Shown piece after piece: positions 37,669-50,915 of a stretch of DNA of 64,000 nt (positions are counted from its first letter, which is position 1; each line of letters starts with the position of its first letter). The DNA lies in the NCBI GenBank assembly GCA_001643675.2, contig LSRY02000009.1:124001-188000 (forward strand), in the 5' to 3' direction. The stretch is from Monocercomonoides exilis PA203. Lineage: Eukaryota; Protista; Preaxostyla. A model generated the notes under the pieces. That model was given only the letters and a program-made list of their open reading frames with translations. It did not search any database and was not told where the DNA came from. The position numbers and the translations under genes were made by a program.

Positions 37669-39864
37669 CCATGGGTGCTTAACCCGCGCCCTGGTGCCAA
37701 ACCCGCACCCTGCAAATTCCTTGAAAATAGAAAAATATATTTTTGCTTTTCAAAGAAGTTCATTGATGGTGAATTTTCTTAAAACTTGTTTAAAAAAATA
37801 TTATATTATATTTTTTTTATAAAAAAACTTACAAAAAGATGAATTTTAGAAACTTTTGTTTGGAAGAAAGCTTTTAAGCAATAAACTGAAAAGGCAAAAA
37901 AGTTAAACTTAAGAAAAATCTAAAATGTTGTTCATTAATAGATTTTCAAAGATTTCGTCAGTTTTTGATGATTTGAAGCATTCCCTGATATTTTCCACCT
38001 TTTTATCATTTGATCGATCCCATTAAGATGAGAAAAATGAATTGAAAGTTCAGCAGTTACTTTGAAAGGGGTTTGTGAGAGTTGTTTCTTATGTTTTTCA
38101 ATGAAAACTTCCTTTTATTATTATAGAGACTCGAAATTTCTTAGATTTATTCGTTTCTTTTGTTGTTTGGATATCAAGTGTTTGATAATTTTTTCTTGTT
38201 TAAAATCATTTATATTGCGGTTGAATATTCTGTGACATTAATTAAAACAAGATTTCTTAAAACTGATATTGTTAAATTAGGATGATATATGCAATTATTT
38301 GTGTTTTCTGAGTCAAATTTTCTAATGAAAAATTTAACGAGATTGACAACATTTTTCGTCTTTCGTTTTTTTTCGAATTGACATTCATTTATTAACTGTT
38401 GACACTATTTCAAATGGATATTTCTTTTCATCGTTCTGTGTTTGCAATCATTTTAATATTTCTAAAAATTTTAAGTTTTTCCGATTTTTTGTTTCTATTT
38501 CACTTCAGTATTTGCTTAATTGCTAAAAAGTGGTATTAATATGGACACATCACAAAAATCGTCCTTCAGTTTTTAATATCTAACGTGCGTTTTGTCTGCA
38601 GAAATATTTCTTTTTCATTTCATTTCAAATACAAATTCCACTTTCATATTTAAAAACTGAACGATGAACGTATTCAAATTTCAAAAATCAAAAAAGGAAA
38701 TGACTGTACAAAATTACCAATTCACAAGTTCTTGAATAAATCCAAGGATTTCATGTTATTGAAGTGTATAATTGATGATTCTTTAAACGAAAAAATGAAA
38801 GCAATATTTTGGCAATTCTGTAATATTTGAATATTATATTAATGAACGTTTCGTTTAATAAACATTCCGTTTTATATTTTGTTCTTTTCGTTACTTTACC
38901 AAATTGAAAATTCATTTATAGCGTTGTTGGAATTGATTTGAATAAGACAATACACTTTAAATATCATTTTAAAAAACAGAAACAACAAATTCAATATCAA
39001 ATGTCTAACACTTCAACTATTTTCAAAAATTTGTTACTCAAAAAATAACAGTCTTTTTTAAAAAATTTGAATTAAAACAAAAAGCTTCAAATTTATTGAA
39101 ATGAAATATTTGAAACCAGTAAATAAAACATGCACAGTTATAGTTTGACACGTATCTGAAATAAAAATAATGATTAGGATATGATGGATTATTCATTCAT
39201 AAACGACAAAAATATAATTTTCATCAAAACATATAAATAAAATATATCTATCCATTGAAAGCATCAACAATGAATGTGCAATCATATGATTTAAACATAA
39301 ACAAAATACACAAATATGCTTTCAACAATTGTTGTGGATATAACAATAAAAAACAATATAACAGAAACAACAAAAGAAACGAATAAATCTAAGAAATTTC
39401 GAGTCTCTATAATAATAAAAGGAAGTTTTCATTGAAAAACATAAGAAACAACTCTCACAAACCCCTTTCAAAGTAACTGCTGAACTTTCAATTCATTTTT
39501 CTCATCTTAATGGGATCGATCAAATGATAAAAAGGTGGAAAATATCAGGGAATGCTTCAAATCATCAAAAACTGACGAAATCTTTGAAAATCTATTAATG
39601 AACAACATTTTAGATTTTTCTTAAGTTTAACTTTTTTGCCTTTTCAGTTTATTGCTTAAAAGCTTTCTTCCAAACAAAAGTTTCTAAAATTCATCTTTTT
39701 GTAAGTTTTTTTATAAAAAAAATATAATATAATATTTTTTTAAACAAGTTTTAAGAAAATTCACCATCAATGAACTTCTTTGAAAAGCAAAAATATATTT
39801 TTCTATTTTCAAGGAATTTGCAGGGTGCGGGTTTGGCACCAGGGCGCGGGTTAAGCACCCATGG
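37669..39864. mobile_element. 2.2-kb non-autonomous DNA transposon with 500-bp TIRs and TA flanks (Tc1/mariner/pogo-like)
   Basis: 37669-38168 is the reverse complement of 39365-39864 (CCATGGGTGCTTAACCCGCGCCCTGGTGCCAAACCCGCACCC...). TA at 37667-37668 and 39865-39866. No ORF of 60 aa or more in the ORF track inside. Confidence 0.92.
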
Positions 39865-40042
39865 TATGCATGCATACATACATATTTGTTTTGTTTTTAG
39901 TTTTTTAATTTATTTTTGAAAAATTTGATAAAAAATAATCAAAAGAGTCGCTTTCAATAATTGCAAACTTTACACACAGTGAAATGAAAAAAGAAAAAAA
40001 AATATGGCTTTTGAGTTTCATTATTCGTTTCATTTCATTAAC

Positions 40043-41488
40043 TCAAACATTCACAAAATAATCTGAAATATTCAACGATAAATCATCATCATAGTCTTCC
40101 TGTAGAAAAACCAATATTCCATGAAAACTTACAATGGCATCTTCGTACCCTTCCTCTTCCAAATTTTCAAACAACTCCATTTTGGCTGCTTTCCTTTTTG
40201 CTTCTTCTGCATCATTATCAGTCTCTTCATTCAACATTTCAAACATTAGAAAACATATTTGCAGCGAATAAAATGTGATTTCGTCATCCAACGTTGATTC
40301 CAAAATTTCCATCAAAATGAGCTCGAAAACGCCTTCTTTTAGAAAAACATCAACACTCACAGTCGCATTTTCTGCAAAGCCTTTTAAAATATAAAGGCAA
40401 TCTCCAGTCATACCTTGTTCATTATCTCTTGATGCTATGCACAGCTTGACAAGGCTAAGAATCATTCTAGCAACATCATCCTTCCGTAGTTCGTAATGCT
40501 CCAAAGGATCAATCATTTCATCGGTCCAATTTCTTATAATCTGCACCTCTTTCAATATTTTCATCTCTTCTTTACTTTTCTTCCAATCAACGCATGCAGT
40601 CAAATCTTCAAGTTCTCTTGCTGATTCCCTCACAAAATGCAGCTCATTCATAATCACTTCTTCCAAATTTTCTCCGTTGCGCAATCTAAATATCAAAAAT
40701 CTCCAAGCTGATTGATATGCAAGATGAGTAAGGTTGTGATGTTCCTGATGATATTTGATGATTTCTTTGATCTCTTCCAAATACATTGTTTTTTCTATTC
40801 TCTTTCAAAATACAAGAAAAAAAGCAAAAATATAAAAAATAAAAAACAACGACTCACACATTTTGAGCTTTAATGCAACTTAATGCTAGCAAAGCCATTT
40901 CCACTTTCTTTTGTGTCTCCTCGTCTTTCTCTTTGCTCAAAGAAACTTCAAAAAAGAAAGGCAAGCAATTCGATATCAATTTCGATGGAATATATCTTTC
41001 CTTGTGCAACAGATAGCATTCGCAAAGCTCAATTAAAAAATTTTCATTCTTTTCTTCTTTCTTTAATTCCTCAACGATCATCTTCTCAAATCTTCTTGGT
41101 AGCGAAGAATTGTTAAAGCAAAAGCTTGACACGCACGTAACCACTTTGAAATATCCCGCGTGCTTTAGCAACAAAATGATATTTTTTACAGATATTTTCT
41201 TTTTGTCAATCATTTCATCAAGTTTATTGAACGAAAATATCTCAAAAATTGATTTGCATTCATCTTTATTCATGTCTTCTATCAGTCCATTCATTTTAAT
41301 GATTTTCTGTTTTTGCATATCTTCATCGCAATTCTCCAACTCAGTAAACAATTCTTCAGAAAAAATTGAAAACAAAGAAAATCGATCCATTCAAAAGCCA
41401 AATAAAAAATAAACAAACTTGCAAACTTTCCTGTCCTGGATATTCCTTGAATGATACTTAAACATTCATCATCAATGCACTCGCTCAT
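40043..41488 (-). CDS. Lineage-specific helical (ARM-like) family protein, copy 1, 3 exons, apparently intact
   Basis: Exon 1 MSECIDD..GKFA, exon 2 LFTELENCDED..KKVEMALLALSCI, exon 3 YLEEIKEIIKYHQEHHNLTHLAYQSAW..LSLNISDYFVNV. Paralogous to 44714-46182 and 48434-49883. Confidence 0.8.
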
Positions 41489-44400
41489 TCAGTTTATTGC
41501 AAAAAAAAAGTTCTTTTTATGAACGAATATTTGTAGAAAATTGAATAATCGATAATTACAAACATCATTGATTGTCTTACAAAATGAAAAGGAAATGATA
41601 CACAGCAAACTGCTTTTCTTTTTTAAAAATAGACACGAAAATAAAGTTCCAACGAAATCAATGATCTCTGCTTGAAAAGTCCTAAAGAGCGAATATTTTC
41701 TTTCTCTTTGATCAAACCATCAACCAATAACAACAAAGAAAAAAATGGGATTAAATTTTTGCATTTATGAAAGAAACAACGATTTGTTCCAAACTTTTTC
41801 TCCAACCTTATCATTATAAGTCTTTCATTTCCATGTCAAACAAATACCGAAAAATACAAAAATTGAGAAAAATATTTGTTTGAGTAGAATGGAACAAAAT
41901 TCATTAAGCAAAATATTTCGTCCCAGATCAAGTATTTATAATCATATCAATTCATGAATCGAATTCCTACATGAATTGAAGTTGAAAGTTTTTTGAAGAG
42001 AAAAAGAACTTTAACAGAAAAGAAATTTGTCTAGAAAATTTATTTCTTGAAGAGAAATTATAATAATTATTATTTTATTTTTGTGTGAGAAGTCAGACTG
42101 AAAGCAAGAATTACAAATGTTTGCGTGTTCCATAATCACTTCATTTGAGCTTCCTTTTTAATATTCAGTTAACATTCAAGTTTTCTCATTGAAATCTTGG
42201 AAGAAAAAAAATATAATTGAAAGTCAGAAAAGCTAAATAGATTCGATTCATTGTGAAATAAGTCAAGCAGCATATAACACGGATATATAACTTCATTGAG
42301 AAATGGTCACATATTGAAAATACACGAAGATCATTCCGGAAACTAAGGATAGCACGGTTCATCGTTGATGGAATAACAACAATAACTGATTCTGACCTTT
42401 ATATATGGAATTTACCAAATATTTGGATAACAAAAACCATTTGATTTCGATTGATTGATGATTGGATTAGAGATACGACAAATATTGCAGTGAAAAGAGA
42501 TTCGTTCAAGAAGAAAACGAAGTCCAACATTCTTTTGTTTACAAAAAAAAACGAAAGAAATTAATCTGAGAATTCAGCCGCTGTCACAAAAGAATTTTGA
42601 GAGTGTGAAACATTTTAATTTATTATCCAAGTATATTTTTGCATCAACTCATTCTTCTTTGACAGACCAGAAATTCTTCTTTTGAATTCAGTGGATGCAT
42701 CCTTCATGCAATGGCTTATGAAAATGAATGGGCAACCCTTAAAATATTTCATCAATTTTTCATTTCTTTTTTTTTTTCTTATAGCAGCGCGATCATCGGA
42801 AGAAATCCTTGCTGTTTTCCCCAAGTTTCTGAACTCAAACTCTCGAAGTGGATCCTCAATAGAATTTTTATCTTCTGCTGAGGGCGCTTTTTGTTATTAT
42901 TTCTGCTTTTGCAGTTGCCTAACATGCTGAAAAAGCAGCTTTCACAGCAACAGCCTTTATTAGTGGTATCAACAAAGGAAATCTGTTTCTTTAACTGGAA
43001 ACTCGTCTCAAACTGTCTTATCAATGGAACAATCTTCTTTACAAGAATTTCTTTAACTTCGGAGAAGAATGAAGATCAGCTCCTCCTTTTTTGGTACCTT
43101 CAATCAAAAAACTGTTTATTCACAAGCAACAAGAAGGAATACCACAAGGTCTTCATGTTTTGGCTTGCCTTGTTCAGTGTACGAGGATTTCTTCGAAGGA
43201 TGTTCAATTATAGGCAATCTTTTTCAATTGCTGAAAAACCAACCCAACCGAATAGAAACGGAAAATACTTGCTGTTTGATGCAATCCGAATGAAGAGACA
43301 AATCAGCGGAAAATTATTATTGTTGAAGAATATGGAGCATATTCTTCAAATATTCAGATGAGAAAAAGAGGAAGATGCTCTTTTTGAAGGAATAAATGAA
43401 GCAGAGCGATGCTTCATCACTCAACAAGCAATGAACAAGTCAGAATTCACAAAGAAACTGACAAGCAAACATCATTAAAAGCCATCTCCATTCGTTTCTG
43501 TCTTCTCCTTCTTTTATTTAATCTGCTGGGCGCTTCCCATCTTTTTCCTCTGTGTCATTTTTCATGCAACGCTTTTCATTTGAGATCTTTGTACGTCTTC
43601 TGTTTCGAAGAAAAGATGAGAGAAATATGAAGAACACGAAATAAACTGCAGATGCTATTCAGCATTATATCATTATAACTGCATAGATGAGGAAACATAA
43701 CGAAAAACTATTTTTTCTGATTTCTGTACTCTTAGATTATTTTCTGCAATTATTGAACTGATTGTCGAATAGCATTCATCGAATCTTCAGATCTCAATCA
43801 ATTGACTCTTCTCCGCTTGCTTCTTTTTCTTCCTCTTCTTCTTCTTCTTCTTCTTCTTCCTCTTTCTTGTCCTCCTCCTCCTCCTCCTCCTCTTTCTCTT
43901 CCTCCTCATCCTTCCTTTTCAAATCTCATTTCAGCTGAAAGAATGCAAGTTTCTTTGAATGCGCAAATCTTTTTGTTACATCCAATGAATTAATGAATTT
44001 CCTTTTGATTTTTGATTCTCAATGAACTGAAGAACCTCAATCTATTCTGTTGGAGCAGATCTTCATTGTTTTTCTTCATGACACATGATTATTTGGCAAT
44101 TGAAGAATTGGACCTTAATCTCCTGCCATTCGACAAGCATGCTCTCCATATTCAAGAACTTTTCTTTTCTTTTATTCATTCAATAAGAGATGATTTTCAG
44201 AATTTCTTTTCTTTTCTTCTTTCACAACCCAATGATCCAATGATAAATGAGCTCAAAATGCAACAATCCATAAAATGTGTCAAACCTTCAGGTATCATCT
44301 GTTCTTGTTTTCAGTTTCATTCTTCTTCGCAAAATATTGTGAAAAATCTTCCATTCGTTCATTTTGTTTTTCTATTTCCCATTTTCTCTGTGCTCAAGGA

Positions 44401-44713
44401 CTTGAAATTTTTTCCATTTCAAAAATAGAACTGTTATTATCAAAATGAAAAAGAATAATTAAAATTTTTTTCGACAAATAATCTGTTGGGTTTGATCAAA
44501 AAGAAACAAAAGATTTTCATTTTTGGCTTAGACAGCCAATCCTTGCGGCTTCTTTGCAATTTCTTTTGCACTTCTTTTTATTAAGCAAAAACAGAACAAA
44601 TTGAATAGCAATCATTTTAGTTCTGAAAGATAATCCGTGTTGTTTGTATTTATCATAATTTTGTATTTTACCAGGCTTTTCAATCATTTTTAACATTTTA
44701 AACAACAAGCAGG

Positions 44714-46182
44714 ATGAGTTTGTCAGACAATGATTATTCTGAAGATGATTATTCTGAAGATGATTATTCTGAAGATAAAATTCTGACTAAGGCCAGAACT
44801 AGGCAGTTTTGGAGTTTGCTCTTTTATTTTGGCTAACCATTCGAAACATATTTAATTTTTTGAATTCAATTTGCAGAATTGCTCTATGAGCTGGAATATT
44901 GTAAAAAGGATGAACAAATGCAGAAAATTGAGGAAATGAAAAGAATGATGGATGAAATGAATAAAAAAGAATTAAAATCTGTTTTCACAAAAGAACTATT
45001 CAATAAATTTCACCAAATGATTGGAGAAAAGACATTGTCATTGGATCGTGTAATCTTGCTGTTGAAACATGTTATATATTTCAATATACAGAAACGTATT
45101 TCAATTAATTCTTTTGATGAATCATTATTGTGCAAAAGAATGAGAAGGATGATGAATGATGAAAATGAGAAGAAAAAAGAAATGAACGAAAAGTTACTGG
45201 TTGATCTCTGTGAATGCTCCATTTCATTGAGTTACAACTTCTCGGGTGAAGTTCTTTCGATTTGTGTGCCTTGCCTTCTGAAAGCTTCATCAAACAAAGA
45301 GGAAAACGAGGAAACGCAAAAAGAAGTGGAAATGGCTTTATTTGCATTAAGTTACATCAATAGATATTTTGTGTGTTCACTTCGATTTCCTTAATGTTGT
45401 TTTGATATTTTTCTTATTTCTAATCAGTTTATCGAACAAGAACTTTACCTCGATGAAATCAAAGAAATCATCGAATATTTCCAGGAACATCAGGATCTCA
45501 CTCAGTTTGCCTATCAGTCTGCTTGGGAGTTTTTGATAAACAGATTTTTCAAAGACAAAAGCTTGGAAGAAGTGATAGTGAATGAACTGCATTTCGCAAT
45601 CGAGGCAAGAAGAGAATTAGAAAAACTTTCAAAATGTATCGACTGGAAGAAGAAAGAAGAAGAAAATGGAAGAATAGAAGTGTCTATTATAAGGAGATGG
45701 CTTCGTGTTATAAAATACTTCTTCGTCTTGTGCACATTGTGGAACGAAGAACTTGCTGGACTTCTTTACAGCATTGTTCAACTATTTCGAGCATCAAGGG
45801 GCAATCACAAAAATATTTGCTATGGATGTCTCGATTCACTTCGATGTGCAGCGGAAAATAGAAATGTGGAAGTTGATGACTTGTTGAAAAGTGGAGCTAT
45901 CGGTCTCTATTTGGAGGAAATGAAGCAATCAACTTTGGATGATAGAATTGTGTGGAATGGCTTGAATATCTTTTTGAATATTTCAGAAAGACTGAAAGAA
46001 AAGACGGATGGAGAAACGGACGAAACAAAACGAAAAGAGTTGAAAAGAAAGATATTCGAAAGGATGGAAGAAGAAGGATATGAAGATGCCATCATAAGTT
46101 TTCATGAAATTTTCTATTTTCTAACGAAAACTATTCTTATGAATTATCGTTGAATTTTTCTGATTATTTTTTGAATATTTGA
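44714..46182 (+). CDS. Same family, copy 2; 1-nt frameshift near 46120 in the last ~20 codons
   Basis: ATG 44714 (MSLSDNDYSEDDYSEDDYSED), same two intron positions, KEVEMALFALSYI and YFQEHQDLTQFAYQSAWEF. The family terminus ELSLNFSDYFLNI* lies in a shifted frame. Confidence 0.72.
44732..44776 (+). repeat. 15-bp tandem repeat x3 (GATTATTCTGAAGAT, encoding DYSED)
   Basis: Seen directly in exon 1 of copy 2. Confidence 0.9.
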
Positions 46183-46284
46183 GAAAATAAAACTCATTTT
46201 TATATTTTAACTCAAAAATTGTAGTTTTTTATATTAATTTTTTATTTTATTGTAACTCCAAAATCATATCTGGGGTGATTTATA

Positions 46285-47258
46285 AACCCGAATATTTTCA
46301 TAAACCCGGTTATTTTTTTGTTCGTTGAAACAGAATGAATACAACATAAAAATACAAAAAGCAAACTTTTACACGTTTATTTTACTATTATTTGATTGAA
46401 CAAGTATTTTTTTGTGACAATTTTAGTTTTTGACGAAGATCAAAGGAAATATTAATTTATTTTTGATCATTTGTTTTGCTTGTTTTTAAGCAACTCTCTT
46501 TTTCTGTCAATTTTTAGGTATAATGTCATAAAACATACAAAACATAGTTTTATTGTTACAAATGTTATTTGTTTTTTCGTATTTTTTCGATTGTTTTTCA
46601 CATTTCATCGTTTTTGACAAGAAATATGGAAATATGAAATTTTAATTCGATCAAATGTTTGTTACATGTTTAAAGTCATATACTAATAAAGAAAAATGGT
46701 AACATTAAACGTTTACCATGTTAAAAAAATGTCAAAATTTGTTGATTTAGTTATTTCAATCAATTTTTGTTTATTACAAATATGCTCATATAAAAATACA
46801 CACTAAAATGTTTAATTCAATAATGAAAGAATTAATGTGTTTTAATCTTAATAACACATTAAAATAATTATCAATCGTTCATCTAGAATATTAGTTCAGA
46901 AATTTTCATATTTCCATATTTCTTGTCAAAAACGATGAAATGTGAAAAACAATCGAAAAAATACGAAAAAACAAATAACATTTGTAACAATAAAACTATG
47001 TTTTGTATGTTTTATGACATTATACCTAAAAATTGACAGAAAAAGAGAGTTGCTTAAAAACAAGCAAAACAAATGATCAAAAATAAATTAATATTTCCTT
47101 TGATCTTCGTCAAAAACTAAAATTGTCACAAAAAAATACTTGTTCAATCAAATAATAGTAAAATAAACGTGTAAAAGTTTGCTTTTTGTATTTTTATGTT
47201 GTATTCATTCTGTTTCAACGAACAAAAAAATAACCGGGTTTAAGAAAATATTCGGGTT
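46285..47258. mobile_element. Foldback/MITE element with near-identical ~355-bp inverted arms
   Basis: 46285-46639 is the reverse complement of 46904-47258 (one mismatch seen near the tip). The extreme termini have diverged and there is no clear TSD. Confidence 0.88.
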
Positions 47259-47524
47259 GGCAAGTTCCAAGAATATGGACCATCGATAAAAAATATTTTA
47301 TATATTTATATCGAAATAAAATGGAATATTAATTTATTTAAAATTAGTTATTTTTGTTGAAAAAGTGTTTTTGACTATTTTCCATTTTTCTTTGATCTAT
47401 CCCATAACATTTTCTTGTTAATAACAGGTTTGTAATTTATGTATATTTTTCGAAAAAAACTTTCTTCACACTTTAATGTGCTTTGGATTAAACAAGAATC
47501 TATATAGCTTTTTATGACTTAAGT

Positions 47525-47944
47525 CATAGAACGAAGAATCAGCTTTGCTTACAAACAGCGTTGTTCATTTTTATCTGGCGTCTAGTTATGATTACGGAGA
47601 AGGAAGGAAGAATGCACAATTTCATTTGAAGCGAAGGAGGATGATATAGCTTAAAAGATGGAGAACTTTTCGTAAAATGGAGCAGTTGAGCTATTTTGAT
47701 GGTAATTCAGAGAACAACTTTGAACGAAGAAATGACACAAGAATGTCTAGAAATTTTTGTGAATGTTTTGGAAGGATTGAAAGAAAAGAATAAAGAAGAA
47801 GAGAAAGAAGAGAAAGAGAAAGAAGAAGAAAGAAGGAAAGAGCTGAAAGTGAAATGTTTAACTAGATGGAAGAAGGATACGAAGATTGTATCATTTGGCT
47901 GTGCCGTTATATTTGTCACGGTATTTATGGAGAATTGCAATTGA
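47525..47944 (+). pseudogene. 3' fragment of the helical family
   Basis: NEESALLTNSVVHFYLAS..QRTTLNEEMTQECLEIFVNV..RRKELK resembles exon 3 of the paralogs, with frameshifts. Confidence 0.6.
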
Positions 47945-48433
47945 TAAATGATTATCCACATTATTTTGTGTATTAATAATTTATCTGCATTAACATTCAC
48001 TTCATCTTTTTTTATTTTCTTTTTTGTGATATTTTGCGCAGAAAACTCATTTGGTCTGGAAATAAAGGAATTCAAATGTGCAAAATTAGATAAAAGTGTT
48101 TTTTTAAAGAATACCAATACTTTTCATGAAAGATGAACATTTGTTTTTAAGTTTATAATTAATAATAAGAAATAAGAAAAATCAACAGGAAGAGAATCAA
48201 AAATTTTGTATATTTTATTAATTTTGAGAAAGAAAAAGTTAAAAAATATAATTTAAATCTCTTCACAAAAGCAACTTAAACAACATAAAAATCCAAAACT
48301 CTTTCAATAATAAGCATCTCTGCTTTTAAACCTGAAATTGTCATTTCGAAATAATGGAGGATTAGGAAAACAGGTTAGTTATTTCACAGCTCTACTGATT
48401 TTTGAGTTGCAAAGTAAAATGCATCTGATTTCT

Positions 48434-49883
48434 TTAGATATTCACAAAATAATCGCAAACATTCAACGATAAACCACAAACATAATAACTTTTCAAGAAC
48501 CCTTAAGCTTCATGAAAGCTTGTGGTGATATCTTCATGTCCTTCTTCTTCCATCCATTATATATCTTCTTTTTGGTTGCCTTTCTTTTCTTTCTTCTTCT
48601 TTTTCATCTTTCTCCTTTCCTTTCAATTTCCTTGCAATTAAACTAAAAAAATGCAAGCTTCCACCTGCCATTTTGACATCCAATGTTGATTGCTTCATTT
48701 CCTCCAAATAAAAACAAATAGCTCCACTTTTCAACAAGACATCAATTTTCACAAATCTTTTATCCGTAGCACATCTTAATGAATTAAAGCGTTTCCTTCT
48801 AATTCCTTTGTAATTATCTCTTGATGCTCGAAATACTTGAACAATGCTGCAGATTAGTCCTTCCCATTCCTCGTTGCACATCGTGGACCAGATCAAGTAA
48901 TTATCAATAACATCGAACCATCTCCAGATTATAATCACTTTTTTCGCTTCTTTTTTTTTCTTCTTCATTTTTCTTTCAATCCACACACTTCGACAGATCT
49001 TCGATTTCTCTTCTTGCTTCTCTGATAAAATGCAGCTCATTCACAATCACTTCATTCAGGCTTTTGTCAGTGTTCAATCTTAAAATCAAAAACTCCCAAG
49101 CATACAGATAGGCAAGCCGTGTCAGATTGTGATGTTCCTGGTGATAATGGATTATTTCTTTGATTTCATTCAAATACTGTTTTTGTTCAATTTCCTAATC
49201 AGAAAAAAAAAAAAAAAAAAAAAAAGAAATTCAAAAACGTTAAAAATAAAATAAAAATGTTTAAACATAATGTGAGTAAATGCAACTCAATGCCAAAAGA
49301 GCCATTTCCACTTCTTTTTGTGTTTCCTCATCTTCTTCTTTCTTCAACGTAACTTTCAGAAGACAAGATACGCACATTAAAATTAATTCTTGTGGGAAAT
49401 CGAAGCTCAAAGATATGAAGCACTCACAAAGATCAGCTAAATGCTTTTCGTCCTTTTCTTCTTTTTTCTTTTCTTCTTCAATAATCATCTTCTCAAATAT
49501 TTTGTTCAACGGAGATTCTTTAAAACTACAAATCCAAATGCTTTTCAGAACATTGCAATATCCAACATGTTTCAGCAACAAAATTGCATTTCGCATCGAA
49601 AGTTTCTCTTCTTCAATCATTTGGTGAATTTTGTTGAACAATTCTTCTGAAAATACAGACTCAAATTTATCCTTATTCATTTCTTCTATTTGTTCATTCA
49701 TTTCTTCAATTTTCTGTTTTTGTTCAATTTCATCGCAATCTTCAAGTCCAACAAATAATTCTTTATTGAAAAAAGAAAGAAAGAAAGAAATTCAATAAAT
49801 ATGAAGTCAACTGAAACAAAGATTACATACCAGTGAGTTTTTCGGTGAGCTCCATATATTGCAATTTTTGAAAAGAGTTGCAT
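48434..49883 (-). pseudogene. Helical family, copy 3, frameshifted
   Basis: QKEVEMALLALSCI, YHQEHHNLTRLAYLYAWEF and the terminus LSLNVCDYFVNI*. Frame changes occur in A-rich stretches near 48975 and 48570. Confidence 0.75.
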
Positions 49884-50915
49884 TCAGAATGAAGCACCAT
49901 ATTGAAAATTTTTATGAATTCGAATATGCAGGATGGAAGAAATCAACGAAAAACAAAAACTCAAAACAGCCTTGAAAACAACCGCATCGAGACCATACTA
50001 TTTCCTGCAAATATCCTTTGCAAACGACGAAAGAGAAAATTGACACTTTATCCAATTCGGTTTGCCGGAATGGAAGTTTTGAACAAGCATTTTTCAAAGA
50101 ACAAAAGCACATATTCAAAAAAGGAGGATTGGCCAAAAAATGCTTTCAGCGAAATGTACTTTCTTTTTGCCTGTATTTGATAAAATTAACGAAAAAAACT
50201 TTGTTGATAAATGGATATTGTTAAAATCATTTTGAATTTTTTGGCAAAAGAAAATGCAATTTGGTGTTTTCGATTGCTTTGTTTTCTATCTTTTCAATCC
50301 AATTGGCAAGCTCAATAATACAACAGGTGATGAATACATAATGCGAAATGAATGAATCAATGAATGAATGAAAGATAATAGTCACTGGAGAAGAGGATTG
50401 ATCGACTTGTAAAAAAAAACAAATGAAGATCACTTTCTTTCAAAAGGAATCAAGATCGCTTGTCAAGAAGCATTTTCCAATGCTCCTGGCTTGTTCTTCT
50501 CGTCTCAAAGACAGAAGATTAACGAAAAACATGCTCAACCAAAAATCAAATGGGAGTTATAAAATGGAATGAATGAAAAAGTGAATGAATGAAAAAATAA
50601 AACAATTGGTCAGCAGATGTGTGGAAGCAAAGCTCCACAAAATTCTGCTTTGATCCTTCCTCAGCAAAAATGGTGTTGCAAAAGAACATATAATCAAAAC
50701 AATTCAAACAACGCAAATGGCACAAACAACAACAACATAAAAGTGAAATCGAACAAAAAGTGAATAAAACGGAAAATTCAGAGAAATTGACAAATTCGAA
50801 AAAAATAAACAAACACAAATGCAAAAACAAAAATTTACAAAAATGAAGAACAACAAAAACAATAAAATCTCTTCTCAGCTTTACAACTCGTCTTTGCTTC
50901 TGTTCTTTTCGCCCA

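Noticed and set aside
42600-44430. Coding-like stretch, possibly a decayed retroelement or gene
   Set aside because: Only short, stop-riddled frames; no RT, RNase H or recombinase motif could be identified with confidence. A BLASTX search is needed.
44732-44776. Direct repeats as a possible CRISPR-like array
   Set aside because: A contiguous 15-bp coding tandem repeat with no spacers.
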